Source: an uncultured Clostridiaceae bacterium
GTDB taxonomy: Bacteria; Bacillota; Clostridia; TANB77; CAG-465
Direction of reading: 5' to 3'
Length of the DNA stretch: 64,000 nucleotides
Assembly: GCA_964653805.1 (NCBI GenBank)
Contig: CAZZFS010000002.1
Span: forward strand, 81,768-145,767
Both the position numbers and the translations under genes were made by a program. The notes under the pieces were generated by a model. The model was not told the origin of the DNA and made no database searches. It saw only the letters and a program-made list of their open reading frames with translations. Position 1 is the first letter of the stretch. Each line of letters begins with the position of its first letter. Positions 20,345 through 29,668 of the stretch are shown piece by piece.

Positions 20345-23300
20345 TTATTCTTCTTCAAATAACTCTAAAATATCTTCTTTTGACATTTTATTAATAAATG
20401 TTTCTCCAGCTTTTATTACTGAATTTGTTAAATCATTTTTTTTATCTTGTAATAATTTAATTTTTTCTTCTATACTATTACTAGAAATCAATTTAAAAAC
20501 TTGTACATTACTTTTTTGACCAATTCTATATGCTCTATCTGTAGCTTGGTTTTGAGCAGATAAATTCCACCAAGGATCATAATGTATAACAATATCAGCT
20601 CCTGTTAAATTAAGCCCTGTACCACCAGCTTTTAAAGATATTAAAAATAGTTTTATATCTTTATTTCTATTGAATTCATCAACCATTTCTATTCTAGTAT
20701 CAACTTTTGTTTTTCCAGTTAACATACTATATGTTATATTTCTTTCTTCTAATTCTTTTATTAATATATCAAACATAGATGTAAATTGTGAGAAAAGTAA
20801 TATTTTATGACCACCATCTATAGCTTCTTGAATTATTTCTAGACATTGATTTAATTTTGCACTTTCACCAGTATAATTATCTAAAAACAATCCTGGATGA
20901 CAACATATTTGTCTAAGTCTAGTAATAATAGAAAGTATTTTTATTCTACTTTTTTCAAAACCATTTTCCTCAATTTCTTCACTTAAACTTTTTTTAGCTT
21001 TTTGCAAAAATGATTTATATATTTTATCTTGTTCTTCATCCATTTGACTGTATAAAACTGTTTCAGTTTTATCAGGCAATTCCTTTAAAACATCTTTTTT
21101 TATACGTCTTAAAATAAAAGGTGAAACCATTTTTCTTAATTTATCCATTGCCTCTTTATCATCATCTTTTATTATACTTTTTTCAAATTTTTCTTTAAAT
21201 ATTTTATTTGAAAATAAATAACCAGGCATAACAAAATCAAATATTGACCAAAGCTCTGAAAAAGAATTTTCCATAGGTGTTCCTGTTAAAGCAACTCTTA
21301 CCTCACCATTTAAATTTTTTATTGATTTAGCATTTTTTGTATTAGTATTTTTAATATATTGTGCTTCATCAGCTATAACATATTTAAATTTAATTTTTTC
21401 ATATTCTTCTATATCTCTTTTTAATAAATCATAAGATGTTATAATCACATCATAATTTTTTATATCTTCTATAGATTTTTTTCTTTTTAAAGAATCACCT
21501 GATACAATTAAAACCTTAAGCTCTTTTGCAAAATGATTAATTTCTTTTTGCCAATTTATATATAGTGAACTTGGACAAACAACAATAGAAGTTTTTCCTG
21601 TTTTTTGTTTTTCATCAAGTAAAATAGCTATTATTTGTATAGTCTTACCAAGCCCCATATCATCTGCAAGTATTCCACCAAAACCATAACGTTCTATTGT
21701 CTTAACCCAATTAAAACCTGTTTTTTGATATGGTCTTAAAGTACCTGAAATTTCTTCTGGTATTTTAAAATCTAAATCTTTTGCTTTACTTATATCTGAT
21801 ACTATTTGTTTAAATGTTTTATCTTTTATTACAGATAAATTTTCTCCATCTTCTACTAAATTATCAAGATGCATAACTCTATATTTAGGCAATTTAACAT
21901 TTCCACTTGCAATATCTTTTTCTGATATTCCTAAGTTCGAATGTAATCCTGCTAAAACTTTTATCCCATATGAATCTATATTTATATAGCTACCATCTTT
22001 TAAACGGAAATATTTTTTCTTTAAATTATATTTTTTAAATATTTCTCTTAATTCATCTTCTTCTAAAGAAATATCATCAAAACTTATATTTAATAAATTA
22101 TTTTCTATTCTTAACCCTATATTTATAACTTTAGAGCTTATAATTTTTTTGTTTTTTAATTTTTCTGTTGCCAAAACTTCAAATTTTTCCATAAATAAAT
22201 TTAATTTTTCTGTTAAAAAATCATAAATATGATCATTATTTGAAATATACATTAATTGTTTATTATATTCAATTATAAACTTTGAATCTTGAAAAATCTC
22301 AAAAACTTTTCTTTCAGCCAATAAGTTTCTATTAACCGTTACATTATTTGCTTTATCAAAAGGATTAAATTCTAACTCGTCATAACAAAACTTAACATTT
22401 GCTAAAATATTTCCTGTATTGTCTAAATCTAAAAATATTTTAACACCTAATTTTTTTGCTTTATATTTTTCTACAATATTTTTTTCAACACTTACATTTG
22501 AAAATTGTTTAATATTTGGTAAAATATATTCACAAAAACTTGTTGCATCAGCGTTAAATATTTTTAAAGAATCTTTATTTTTACTAAATTTAATTAAAAA
22601 CGCTTTCATTTTTATAGTATATTCTTTACTTGTTTTATATAATTTATTATCAAATAATATATATATATTATCTTGTCCATTTAAAACAATGAATTCAGAT
22701 TTTTTTATTATTTCTAATACACTATCTTCTTCTATTACATCAAATTCAAGTTTAGGATCTTCCTCTACTAAAACTACACTTTCAAAAGAAAAATAATCTT
22801 CTATTTTTACTACTTTATCTTTCATAATATCAAAAAACTCATCTAAAGAAGAACTTTTTAAAGCAATTCTATTTCTATATTCTCTTGAAATTTTCAGATA
22901 ATCAGTTAAAGTTTCATATCCTTCATATTCTAATGCTTTTTTTTCAATAAATCTAGCTAAAGGTTTTGATGCATCTTCAAAAGCACTTATTGTATGTTTA
23001 AATTCAAATTTTTTTCCATATTGAAAAATCTTCTCTTTATTTAAACTCTTACCAAAATCATAAATATCTTTAAGTACATATAATTTTTCTCTACCTATTT
23101 TAAACTTAACAAATAAATGAGTTTCAACAAAAGGTAATTCAAGTATTGGTATAAGCTCTACGTTATTTGTGTTATTACTTAAACCTAATTCTAAATTTTC
23201 ATAATATTTAAATAATTCAGTATTATCATTTTTTAATTTAAAATATTCTACTTTAGATTCTTTTTTATGCACAAATTCATCCATAAAATCATTCATATTT

Positions 23301-23641
23301 TCTATTTTAACTTTAGCTATTTTAAAATCAAGATATCGTTGTTCATTAATATATATATCAAAAGCCATAGCAATTACATGTTTACAAGGTGTCAAGCTTC
23401 TAGTAGAATATGGACACGTACAAGTATACTTAACATTACTATCTTTTTCTTTCTTTATTTCAACACTATATATATATGTACCTTTTACATCAGCTTTTGC
23501 TAAAAACTCTTCTTCATTTTCACTTTTTTCAAAATATTTAATATCAACTCTATCTTGTTCAAAATATTTTTTACCGCTCATAGTAATAACATTTCCTGAT
23601 ACTTGTAATAATTTATTTATATCATCTGAATTTATTAACAT
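20345..23641 (-). CDS. SNF2-family helicase with an N-terminal SWIM zinc finger
   Basis: SWIM motif CTCPYSTRSLTPCKHV. SNF2 motifs DDMGLGKTIQ, DEAQYIKN, LTGTPMEN. Helicase-C motif QATDRAYRIGQ. Confidence 0.9.
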   Translation of the reverse strand: MLINSDDINKLLQVSGNVITMSGKKYFEQDRVDIKYFEKSENEEEFLAKADVKGTYIYSVEIKKEKDSNVKYTCTCPYSTRSLTPCKHVIAMAFDIYINEQRYLDFKIAKVKIENMNDFMDEFVHKKESKVEYFKLKNDNTELFKYYENLELGLSNNTNNVELIPILELPFVETHLFVKFKIGREKLYVLKDIYDFGKSLNKEKIFQYGKKFEFKHTISAFEDASKPLARFIEKKALEYEGYETLTDYLKISREYRNRIALKSSSLDEFFDIMKDKVVKIEDYFSFESVVLVEEDPKLEFDVIEEDSVLEIIKKSEFIVLNGQDNIYILFDNKLYKTSKEYTIKMKAFLIKFSKNKDSLKIFNADATSFCEYILPNIKQFSNVSVEKNIVEKYKAKKLGVKIFLDLDNTGNILANVKFCYDELEFNPFDKANNVTVNRNLLAERKVFEIFQDSKFIIEYNKQLMYISNNDHIYDFLTEKLNLFMEKFEVLATEKLKNKKIISSKVINIGLRIENNLLNISFDDISLEEDELREIFKKYNLKKKYFRLKDGSYINIDSYGIKVLAGLHSNLGISEKDIASGNVKLPKYRVMHLDNLVEDGENLSVIKDKTFKQIVSDISKAKDLDFKIPEEISGTLRPYQKTGFNWVKTIERYGFGGILADDMGLGKTIQIIAILLDEKQKTGKTSIVVCPSSLYINWQKEINHFAKELKVLIVSGDSLKRKKSIEDIKNYDVIITSYDLLKRDIEEYEKIKFKYVIADEAQYIKNTNTKNAKSIKNLNGEVRVALTGTPMENSFSELWSIFDFVMPGYLFSNKIFKEKFEKSIIKDDDKEAMDKLRKMVSPFILRRIKKDVLKELPDKTETVLYSQMDEEQDKIYKSFLQKAKKSLSEEIEENGFEKSRIKILSIITRLRQICCHPGLFLDNYTGESAKLNQCLEIIQEAIDGGHKILLFSQFTSMFDILIKELEERNITYSMLTGKTKVDTRIEMVDEFNRNKDIKLFLISLKAGGTGLNLTGADIVIHYDPWWNLSAQNQATDRAYRIGQKSNVQVFKLISSNSIEEKIKLLQDKKNDLTNSVIKAGETFINKMSKEDILELFEEE

Positions 23642-23688
23642 TATATTATTCTCCTAAATTTAATTTATTACTTCCTATATATAATAAC

Positions 23689-23733
23689 TAGATAATTTAT
23701 TAATAAGTTATTTACACCTATTAATAAATTATC
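23689..23733 (-). terminator. AT-only stem-loop after the GH18 gene
   Basis: 16-bp perfect stem, AGATAATTTATTAATA with TATTAATAAATTATCT. No strong T run. Confidence 0.4.
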
Positions 23734-23745
23734 TTTAATACTAAA

Positions 23746-25395
23746 CTATTTTATATTTTCTGATACTGTAGACCAGATATCTGATGTTTCAAAGCCTTTT
23801 CTCCAAGCTGAAAAACCAGCTAAATTATATTTTTTTATAGTTTCAACTCTTCTTTTTACAGAATCTTTATCTTCAATCCATAATTTATAATTTAATGAAC
23901 CCTCTGTATATTCTACATAATTTTGTCCTGCATTTTGATCAAAAGTCGGTGTTAATTTATATTTTTTTATAAAATCAACAGAATTTTGCATTGTATATAC
24001 TTTAGTAGTAGGTTTTGTTTCACCTGATTTAGTTATCCAAAGTCTTGTGAAAAATGGAACACCAAGTATTATTTTATTACTTGGCACAGCAGAATCATTC
24101 ATTAAAGATTCTACATTTTTTTCAACCCAAGATGCTTCAGCAATAGAACCAGCTGTTTCAGACCAATTACCTCTTTGATCATATCCCATTAAAACAATAT
24201 AATCTGCTGCAGCTCCTATACCTTTTCTGTCAATATAATTTACAAAATAAACATCAACTGATAATTTTATTCCTTCTTTTCTAAGAAGTGGTGCCATTTC
24301 TCTTATAAATTCAGTATAAATTTCTTTATCTTCAGTTTTCATAGCTTCAAAATCTATATTTATTCCATCTAATTTATCTCTTTTTGCTATTTCTATTAAA
24401 TTTTTAATAAATTGTTCTCTATTATATTCACTTGTTATCATAGCAGAAGTATCAGATGGCATATATGTTGAAGAATCAATACCATTTGTTATTATAGGCC
24501 ATATCTTATATCCTAAACTTTTAGCTTTCGCATAATATTCACTACTATATTTAGAATTAATGCTACCATTTGAATTACTAAGTTCATACCAAGTAGGTGA
24601 AACAACATTAACTGCATCTATTTTTGTTTTACCTAATGTATCTAAATCACTTCCATATTGCCAAAACATAACAATTTTTTCTGTTTGATTACTACTTGTA
24701 TTATTCGCATCTTGAGTATTATTTGAATTATCTACTAAATCAACTATGCTATTTTTAGCTATATATCCAACCATACCATCACTTGTTTTTATTTTATACC
24801 ATCTTTTATGATTTAAACTTTCATTATATACTGTTACTACATTATCTTTATTTAACATATCTATTACATCAGAATTTGTTGATATATTTGAATATACTTT
24901 AACCCTATTATATAATATTGCAATATCACTCATGTTTGTTTTATCTATAGTTACAGTATTTGTTTTTTCATTATATCCAACTTTTATATTATATATTTCT
25001 TTTAAAATACCAATTGGAATATATGGTTCGTCATCTACTAATTTCGCACAACTTTCTATATCGATATATTCTAAATTCTTAGACATTTTTTTTTCGTCAA
25101 TTTTCAACTTAACAACATCTGAATCAGTTGTAACAATAACCTTAGTTGCAAATTTATCATAATATATATTTTCATCGATTGTTTTTGATATTGTGTCTAA
25201 TGAAACATATATTGTATGATCATCAATAAACGGTTTATATTCTGTTGATATATTTTCACCAAAAACCACCAATTCTGAATCTTTTTTTTCTTTCACACTA
25301 ACATTATATTCATATTTAAAAAATATTACAAAAACTATTACAAAAAATACAAATATAATTACAAATTTACTAATATTTTTAACCATTTTCACCAT
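23746..25395 (-). CDS. Glycoside hydrolase family 18 protein (YaaH/YdhD-like) with an N-terminal anchor and SH3-like domain
   Basis: GH18 catalytic motif DGINIDFE. N-terminal TM helix. The central segment WYKIKTSDGMVGYIAKNSI is SH3b-like. Confidence 0.8.
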   Translation of the reverse strand: MVKMVKNISKFVIIFVFFVIVFVIFFKYEYNVSVKEKKDSELVVFGENISTEYKPFIDDHTIYVSLDTISKTIDENIYYDKFATKVIVTTDSDVVKLKIDEKKMSKNLEYIDIESCAKLVDDEPYIPIGILKEIYNIKVGYNEKTNTVTIDKTNMSDIAILYNRVKVYSNISTNSDVIDMLNKDNVVTVYNESLNHKRWYKIKTSDGMVGYIAKNSIVDLVDNSNNTQDANNTSSNQTEKIVMFWQYGSDLDTLGKTKIDAVNVVSPTWYELSNSNGSINSKYSSEYYAKAKSLGYKIWPIITNGIDSSTYMPSDTSAMITSEYNREQFIKNLIEIAKRDKLDGINIDFEAMKTEDKEIYTEFIREMAPLLRKEGIKLSVDVYFVNYIDRKGIGAAADYIVLMGYDQRGNWSETAGSIAEASWVEKNVESLMNDSAVPSNKIILGVPFFTRLWITKSGETKPTTKVYTMQNSVDFIKKYKLTPTFDQNAGQNYVEYTEGSLNYKLWIEDKDSVKRRVETIKKYNLAGFSAWRKGFETSDIWSTVSENIK

Positions 25396-25590
25396 TCACC
25401 CCATTAAATTACATTATATAATACTTTATTAAATTTGTGAATACATTTAAGAAAATTTAACAAAAAAAATGTTACTTAATTAAATTTTCAAAAAAAAATT
25501 ATACAAGTGAATCTATTTTTTTAAAAATAAAATTCATATCATATAATTTTTTATTCCCAACTCTTATTTTTATAATAAAAAAACTTTATT

Positions 25591-26070
25591 TTATTCAATT
25601 ATTTCATAAACAATATCTCTTGCATTTGAAACATCAGAATTTATATTCGTACTAATATATTTAACAGCACTTGAAGAAACTTGACCTATAACTGCATCAA
25701 TTTTACCAAGTATAGAACCATCATTTGCAATAAATTTTATATTAAGTTTTAAATTATCTTTTGAATATTGACTATTTGTTATTTTAGCTGTTAATTTTGA
25801 TATATTATTTTTATAAATCACTTTACTATCAGTAATTAATACATCACCAGCTTTTTTTGGTTTTTCTATTTCAGAACTTATATTTTTCTTTTCTCCCTCT
25901 TTAGTTGAAATATAATTAATTGTACCTAAATTCATAGATGCTTTAGTAGCTATTTCAATTTTTTCTTTATTATTTAAAATATTTACTAATACGATTATCA
26001 GTGTTATTATTAATAATATTGCAACTACAATTGCTATCTTTTTTCTATTTAACATTATATTTGTCCACAT
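25591..26070 (-). CDS. Hypothetical membrane-anchored protein (paralog of 50537-51049)
   Basis: N-terminal TM helix. The C-terminal ~85 aa align without gaps to the 50537-51049 product, and both end in YEI[IV]E. Confidence 0.6.
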   Translation of the reverse strand: MWTNIMLNRKKIAIVVAILLIITLIIVLVNILNNKEKIEIATKASMNLGTINYISTKEGEKKNISSEIEKPKKAGDVLITDSKVIYKNNISKLTAKITNSQYSKDNLKLNIKFIANDGSILGKIDAVIGQVSSSAVKYISTNINSDVSNARDIVYEIIE

Positions 26071-26122
26071 ATCTTTCTACCCCCAAAAAAACTAATAATT
26101 ATATTTTATACTAAACAATAAA

Positions 26123-26150
26123 AATATACAATATATTTAACAAATTTCAA
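26123..26150 (-). promoter_or_regulatory. Candidate promoter of the 25591-26070 gene
   Basis: On the minus strand: TTGAAA (26150-26145), 16 nt, TATATT (26128-26123). Confidence 0.35.
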
Positions 26151-26155
26151 GAAAA

Positions 26156-26189
26156 TAATCCGATTTAGATATTTATCTAATTCGGATTA
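26156..26189. terminator. Strong hairpin closing the repeat-containing spacer
   Basis: TAATCCGATTTAGAT pairs with ATCTAATTCGGATTA (14 of 15 bp, 4-nt loop). T-rich sequence follows on both strands. Confidence 0.55.
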
Positions 26190-26206
26190 TTTTACTATGT
26201 AATATA

Positions 26207-26374
26207 ATTTTTATAAAAAAGATTTATATATGTAAATATATAAATAAGGTATATACAAAATCTAAAAAAATTAATATATAAACTGGGTAGTTAATTAATA
26301 TATTTTATTTCAGTTATTATATACCTTGACTATATAATAACACATTTTTTTTGCAAAATTTGTCGAAATTTGTA
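26207..26374 (-). repeat. Repeat unit A (candidate small-RNA gene)
   Basis: Shares five near-identical blocks in the same order with unit B. The minus strand has TTGCAA-16-TATAGT, the helix 26246-26255/26318-26327, the loop block AATTAACTACCCA, and hairpin 26223-26244 followed by a T run. Confidence 0.6.
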
Positions 26375-26490
26375 GATTATCCAAAAAACTTTATTTTTTT
26401 TAAATATTTCTTTGTTTTTTATTCTTTTTTTGTTATATTTTTATCCATTTTCAAAAAAAGATTTAATTCAGACTATTAAAATGGAATATG

Positions 26491-26655
26491 ATTTTTATAA
26501 AAAGGTGTATATTTGCAAATATATATATAAGGTATATTTGCAATTCAAAAAATATATAAAAATTGGGTAGTTAATTTTCACATGTTATTTTTTCTTTAAA
26601 TATACCTTGACTATATAATAACATATAATTTTTGCAAAATTTGTCGAAATTTGTA
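26491..26655 (-). repeat. Repeat unit B (candidate small-RNA gene)
   Basis: Same block order as unit A. TTGCAA (26637-26632), 16 nt, TATAGT (26615-26610). Helix 26529-26539/26598-26608. Palindrome 26508-26523 followed by a T run. Confidence 0.6.
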
Positions 26656-26671
26656 AAAAGACAAAACTTTT

Positions 26672-28318
26672 TTACTTTTTTTTACTTTTTTTTGTTGTTT
26701 TTTCTTTTAATTTAATCGTATCTCTTAATTTTCTATGATAAGAAATTGTAAATCTATGAATTTCATCTTGTAAAAAAGTTATAAAATTTAAAATTTTATC
26801 ATTTTCTAAATTAATTACATTACCATTTAAATCAATTAACTCTTTTGTTTTGTGCTTATCATTTTTAATCATACCATAAACAGATACATTTTTTTCTTCT
26901 GCTTCTTCCATCGCTTTTTTTACCATAGAAAGTTGAGTCTTACCACCATCTATTAATATTAAATCAGGTAACAACCATTCATCACTATGATTTAATCTTC
27001 TTTTTAAAATTTCATACATACTTTTAGGATCATCTTGAGTAAGTGTACTTTTAATTTTAAATTTTCTATACATTTTTTTATTAAATTTTCCATCTTCATA
27101 CCTTATCATACAACCAACAATATATTCATTTCTTAAATTAGATATATCATAACATTCAATTGATTCTATTGTTTCAGTAAAGCCTAACAACTTAGATAAC
27201 TCTTCTAAATTATTATATTTTTTGTTTTCCATATTTATTTTAATATTATTTTCAACCATTTTAATTAAATTTGCTTTTTCACCTTTTTTAGGACATATAA
27301 CATTTAAATTTATTTTTTTGTTTTCAAAAAACTCATTTAATAAATTTATAGATTCATCTTCTAATTTTATATATATTTTTTTAGGCATATCTTTATTATC
27401 TATATAATATGAAGATATTATTTGAGTTATAACTTCCTCTTGTTCTTCATTTTCTACATCTTCTAATTCTATATTATCATTTAAAACAACTTTATAATTT
27501 CTTATTTTAAAAACTTGAATATATATACTATTATTTTGATAAATATATCCAAATATATCTGTACTATTTTCATTTAAATTAGCAACTTGCTGTTTTTGTG
27601 CAATAGCATCAATACTTTCAATTCTTTTTTTTATAACATCAGCTTTTTCAAATTCTAATTTTTCTATTAAACTTTCAATATCTTTAATTAAAAGTTCATG
27701 AATTTGTTTCGTATTGCCTTGTAAAAATAAAATTATTTGATCAATCATTTTCTTATACTGTTCTAAATTAACATCATTTACACAAGGTCCCAAACATCTT
27801 CCAATATGATAATATAAACAAGGCTCTTTCTTTTTTGTTTTTTCAAGATTTAACTTACACCTTTTAACCGGAAATAACTGCTTTATCATCCTTAAAACTT
27901 CTCTTACAGCTGAAACATTTGTATATGGACCAAAATATAACGCCTTATCATTTTTTTTAGTTCTAGTAACATAAATAGTTGGATATTTTTCTTTAACACT
28001 TATTTTAATATATGGATATGTTTTATCATCTTTTAACATTACATTAAATTTTGGATTATGTTCTTTTATATAATTACATTCTAAAACCAAAGCCTCAACT
28101 TCATTATTTGTAACAATATATGTTATATTACAAACATTAGAAACCATTTTTTCAATTCTTGCAGATTTATTATTTTTTTGAAAATACTGTCTAACTCTTT
28201 TTCTTAATGAAATTGCTTTACCAACATAAATTATATTATCATCTTTATCCCTCATCATATATATACCAGGATTTAAAGGAATGTTATTTATTATTTCTCT
28301 TAATTTTTCACTTGCCAT
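26672..28318 (-). CDS. uvrC: Excinuclease ABC subunit C
   Basis: N-terminal GIY-YIG motif (GIYMMRDKDDNIIYVGKA), a UVR domain and a C-terminal endonuclease region. 548 aa. Confidence 0.95.
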   Translation of the reverse strand: MASEKLREIINNIPLNPGIYMMRDKDDNIIYVGKAISLRKRVRQYFQKNNKSARIEKMVSNVCNITYIVTNNEVEALVLECNYIKEHNPKFNVMLKDDKTYPYIKISVKEKYPTIYVTRTKKNDKALYFGPYTNVSAVREVLRMIKQLFPVKRCKLNLEKTKKKEPCLYYHIGRCLGPCVNDVNLEQYKKMIDQIILFLQGNTKQIHELLIKDIESLIEKLEFEKADVIKKRIESIDAIAQKQQVANLNENSTDIFGYIYQNNSIYIQVFKIRNYKVVLNDNIELEDVENEEQEEVITQIISSYYIDNKDMPKKIYIKLEDESINLLNEFFENKKINLNVICPKKGEKANLIKMVENNIKINMENKKYNNLEELSKLLGFTETIESIECYDISNLRNEYIVGCMIRYEDGKFNKKMYRKFKIKSTLTQDDPKSMYEILKRRLNHSDEWLLPDLILIDGGKTQLSMVKKAMEEAEEKNVSVYGMIKNDKHKTKELIDLNGNVINLENDKILNFITFLQDEIHRFTISYHRKLRDTIKLKEKTTKKSKKK

Positions 28319-28329
28319 TTTTTCACCAA

Positions 28330-28386
28330 CCTACCTTAGGGCTAACTTTGTAAAAAAGTCTAATGACTTTTTTACACCTACACTTA
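28330..28386. repeat. Dispersed hairpin element, copy 1
   Basis: CCTACCT..GGGCTAACTTTGTAAAAAA..TTTTTTACA..CCTAC is shared with 54602-54664. It contains a perfect 12-bp hairpin at 28349-28376. Confidence 0.6.
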
Positions 28387-28411
28387 TTTGCTTTTGTATT
28401 ATATATTAAAA

Positions 28412-28440
28412 GAAGGTTACCTAGTATATAAGTAACCTCC
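28412..28440 (-). terminator. spoVG terminator
   Basis: On the minus strand GGAGGTTAC pairs with GTAACCTTC (one G-U pair), followed by TTTTAATAT. Confidence 0.65.
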
Positions 28441-28463
28441 TAAATTATTTTCAATATTATAGA

Positions 28464-28730
28464 TTATTCAGCAGCTTCTTCAGCTTCATTGTATTTCTCA
28501 ATAATCATGTTTTGTAACATTTCTCTAGTTTCAGTATTTATTGGATGAGCAATATCTTTAAATTCTCCGTTTGGAGTTTTTCTGCTAGGCATTGCTATAA
28601 ATAAACCTTTATCACTTTCGATAACTTTTATATCGTGAATTACGAATACGCTATCAATAGTTATAGAAGCTATAGCTTTCATCCTATTTTGAGAAGTTAC
28701 TTTTCTAACTCTTATATCAGTTATTTGCAT
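28464..28730 (-). CDS. spoVG: Septation/regulatory protein SpoVG
   Basis: [11 protein letters not shown]...[45 protein letters not shown] is the classic SpoVG sequence. Start set at the ATG after GGAAGG. Confidence 0.95.
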   Translation of the reverse strand: MQITDIRVRKVTSQNRMKAIASITIDSVFVIHDIKVIESDKGLFIAMPSRKTPNGEFKDIAHPINTETREMLQNMIIEKYNEAEEAAE

Positions 28731-28764
28731 GTTCCACACCGCCTTCCTTAACTAGTATACTTAT

Positions 28765-28792
28765 ATTATACACAATATATATTTAAAGTCAA
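28765..28792 (-). promoter_or_regulatory. spoVG promoter candidate
   Basis: On the minus strand: TTGACT (28792-28787), 16 nt, TATAAT (28770-28765). Confidence 0.55.
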
Positions 28793-28839
28793 TACTTGTA
28801 ATATAATAAGTATCAAAATAATAATTAAATTTGTTATAA

Positions 28840-29517
28840 TTAATTATATAATATTTTAGTTCTTTTAACATCGTAACTCAAATTTTTATCTATATATTCA
28901 TTATAACCTGTCATTATATAATCTGGTTTTAAATTACTTCTTGAACCTGTTGAAACGGTTACTTCAAGTGAATTATCTAAATTAAAATCATAAACTATTA
29001 TTTGTGACTTTATATCAATTCTTTCAGATCTATTTTTTGATTTTTTTAATACTGGTAAATTTGGCTGTGAAAGATAATCTTCCATTTTATCTTTATAATA
29101 TTTTTTTAAATCTTCTTTTTCTCTTAATGTTTTACCTTCATACAATTTTTCGTTATATAAAAAATTAATAAGGTATGTAGCTGCGTAAACTCTTGACATT
29201 ATATTTTTTTCTTTTATATCTATATATTCAGCTGATAGTATTGTAATACCGCTCGGTAAAACTTTATTCATTTCTTTTGTGAAATATGCTGTTTGTAATT
29301 TTTCTACAATTAATATATCTACTATTTCTCCTGTACTTTCAATACCTACTGATAAAGGATGTGCAAATACAAGTTCTGGTCTTGGATTATATCCTTTTGA
29401 ATGTTCAACTAATATGTTTGCTCTAGCAAGTGACTGTTCAAAAATTCTTATTAAATCCAAGTGTGAAAAATAAATAGCTTCTTTAGACTTACTATAAATA
29501 ACTCTTAGTTTCTCCAT
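28840..29517 (-). CDS. TIGR03936/DUF2344 radical-SAM-associated protein
   Basis: AIYFSHLDLIRIFEQSLARANILVEHSKGYNPRPELVFAHPLSVGIES matches the DUF2344 pattern, from memory. Confidence 0.7.
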   Translation of the reverse strand: MEKLRVIYSKSKEAIYFSHLDLIRIFEQSLARANILVEHSKGYNPRPELVFAHPLSVGIESTGEIVDILIVEKLQTAYFTKEMNKVLPSGITILSAEYIDIKEKNIMSRVYAATYLINFLYNEKLYEGKTLREKEDLKKYYKDKMEDYLSQPNLPVLKKSKNRSERIDIKSQIIVYDFNLDNSLEVTVSTGSRSNLKPDYIMTGYNEYIDKNLSYDVKRTKILYN

Positions 29518-29668
29518 TCTAACCCCTACTTTCTTGCAACATTATATCATAATTTATATAAAAATAAAACATTTTATTAAAATTTTTACAAAAAAAATCA
29601 TATTTTATGAAAAACACAAAATACAATTCAATTCAAACTAATTAGATATATAAGTTTACATTAATTCT

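Noticed and set aside
7492-25162. Other plus-strand ORFs from the track (e.g. 7492-7707, 8538-8816, 9248-9457, 13727-14014, 14412-15064, 19008-19445, 20226-20519, 22419-22796, 23267-23503, 24932-25162). Similar ones occur later (27222, 29279, 31394, 35804, 38653, 44802, 47124, 47841, 54292, 54353, 55555, 56871, 57479, 58804, 60446, 62050-62449).
   Set aside because: Each overlaps a minus-strand gene that has clear family motifs. Their translations are F/L/I/S-rich shadows typical of the antisense strand of AT-rich coding DNA.
26351-26380. Plus-strand reading of the palindromic TTGCAA box in the repeat units as a -35 element
   Set aside because: The candidate -10 sequences 15-17 nt downstream (TAGATT in unit A, TAAAAA in unit B) are poor and not conserved. 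The minus-strand TTGCAA-16-TATAGT is identical in both units.
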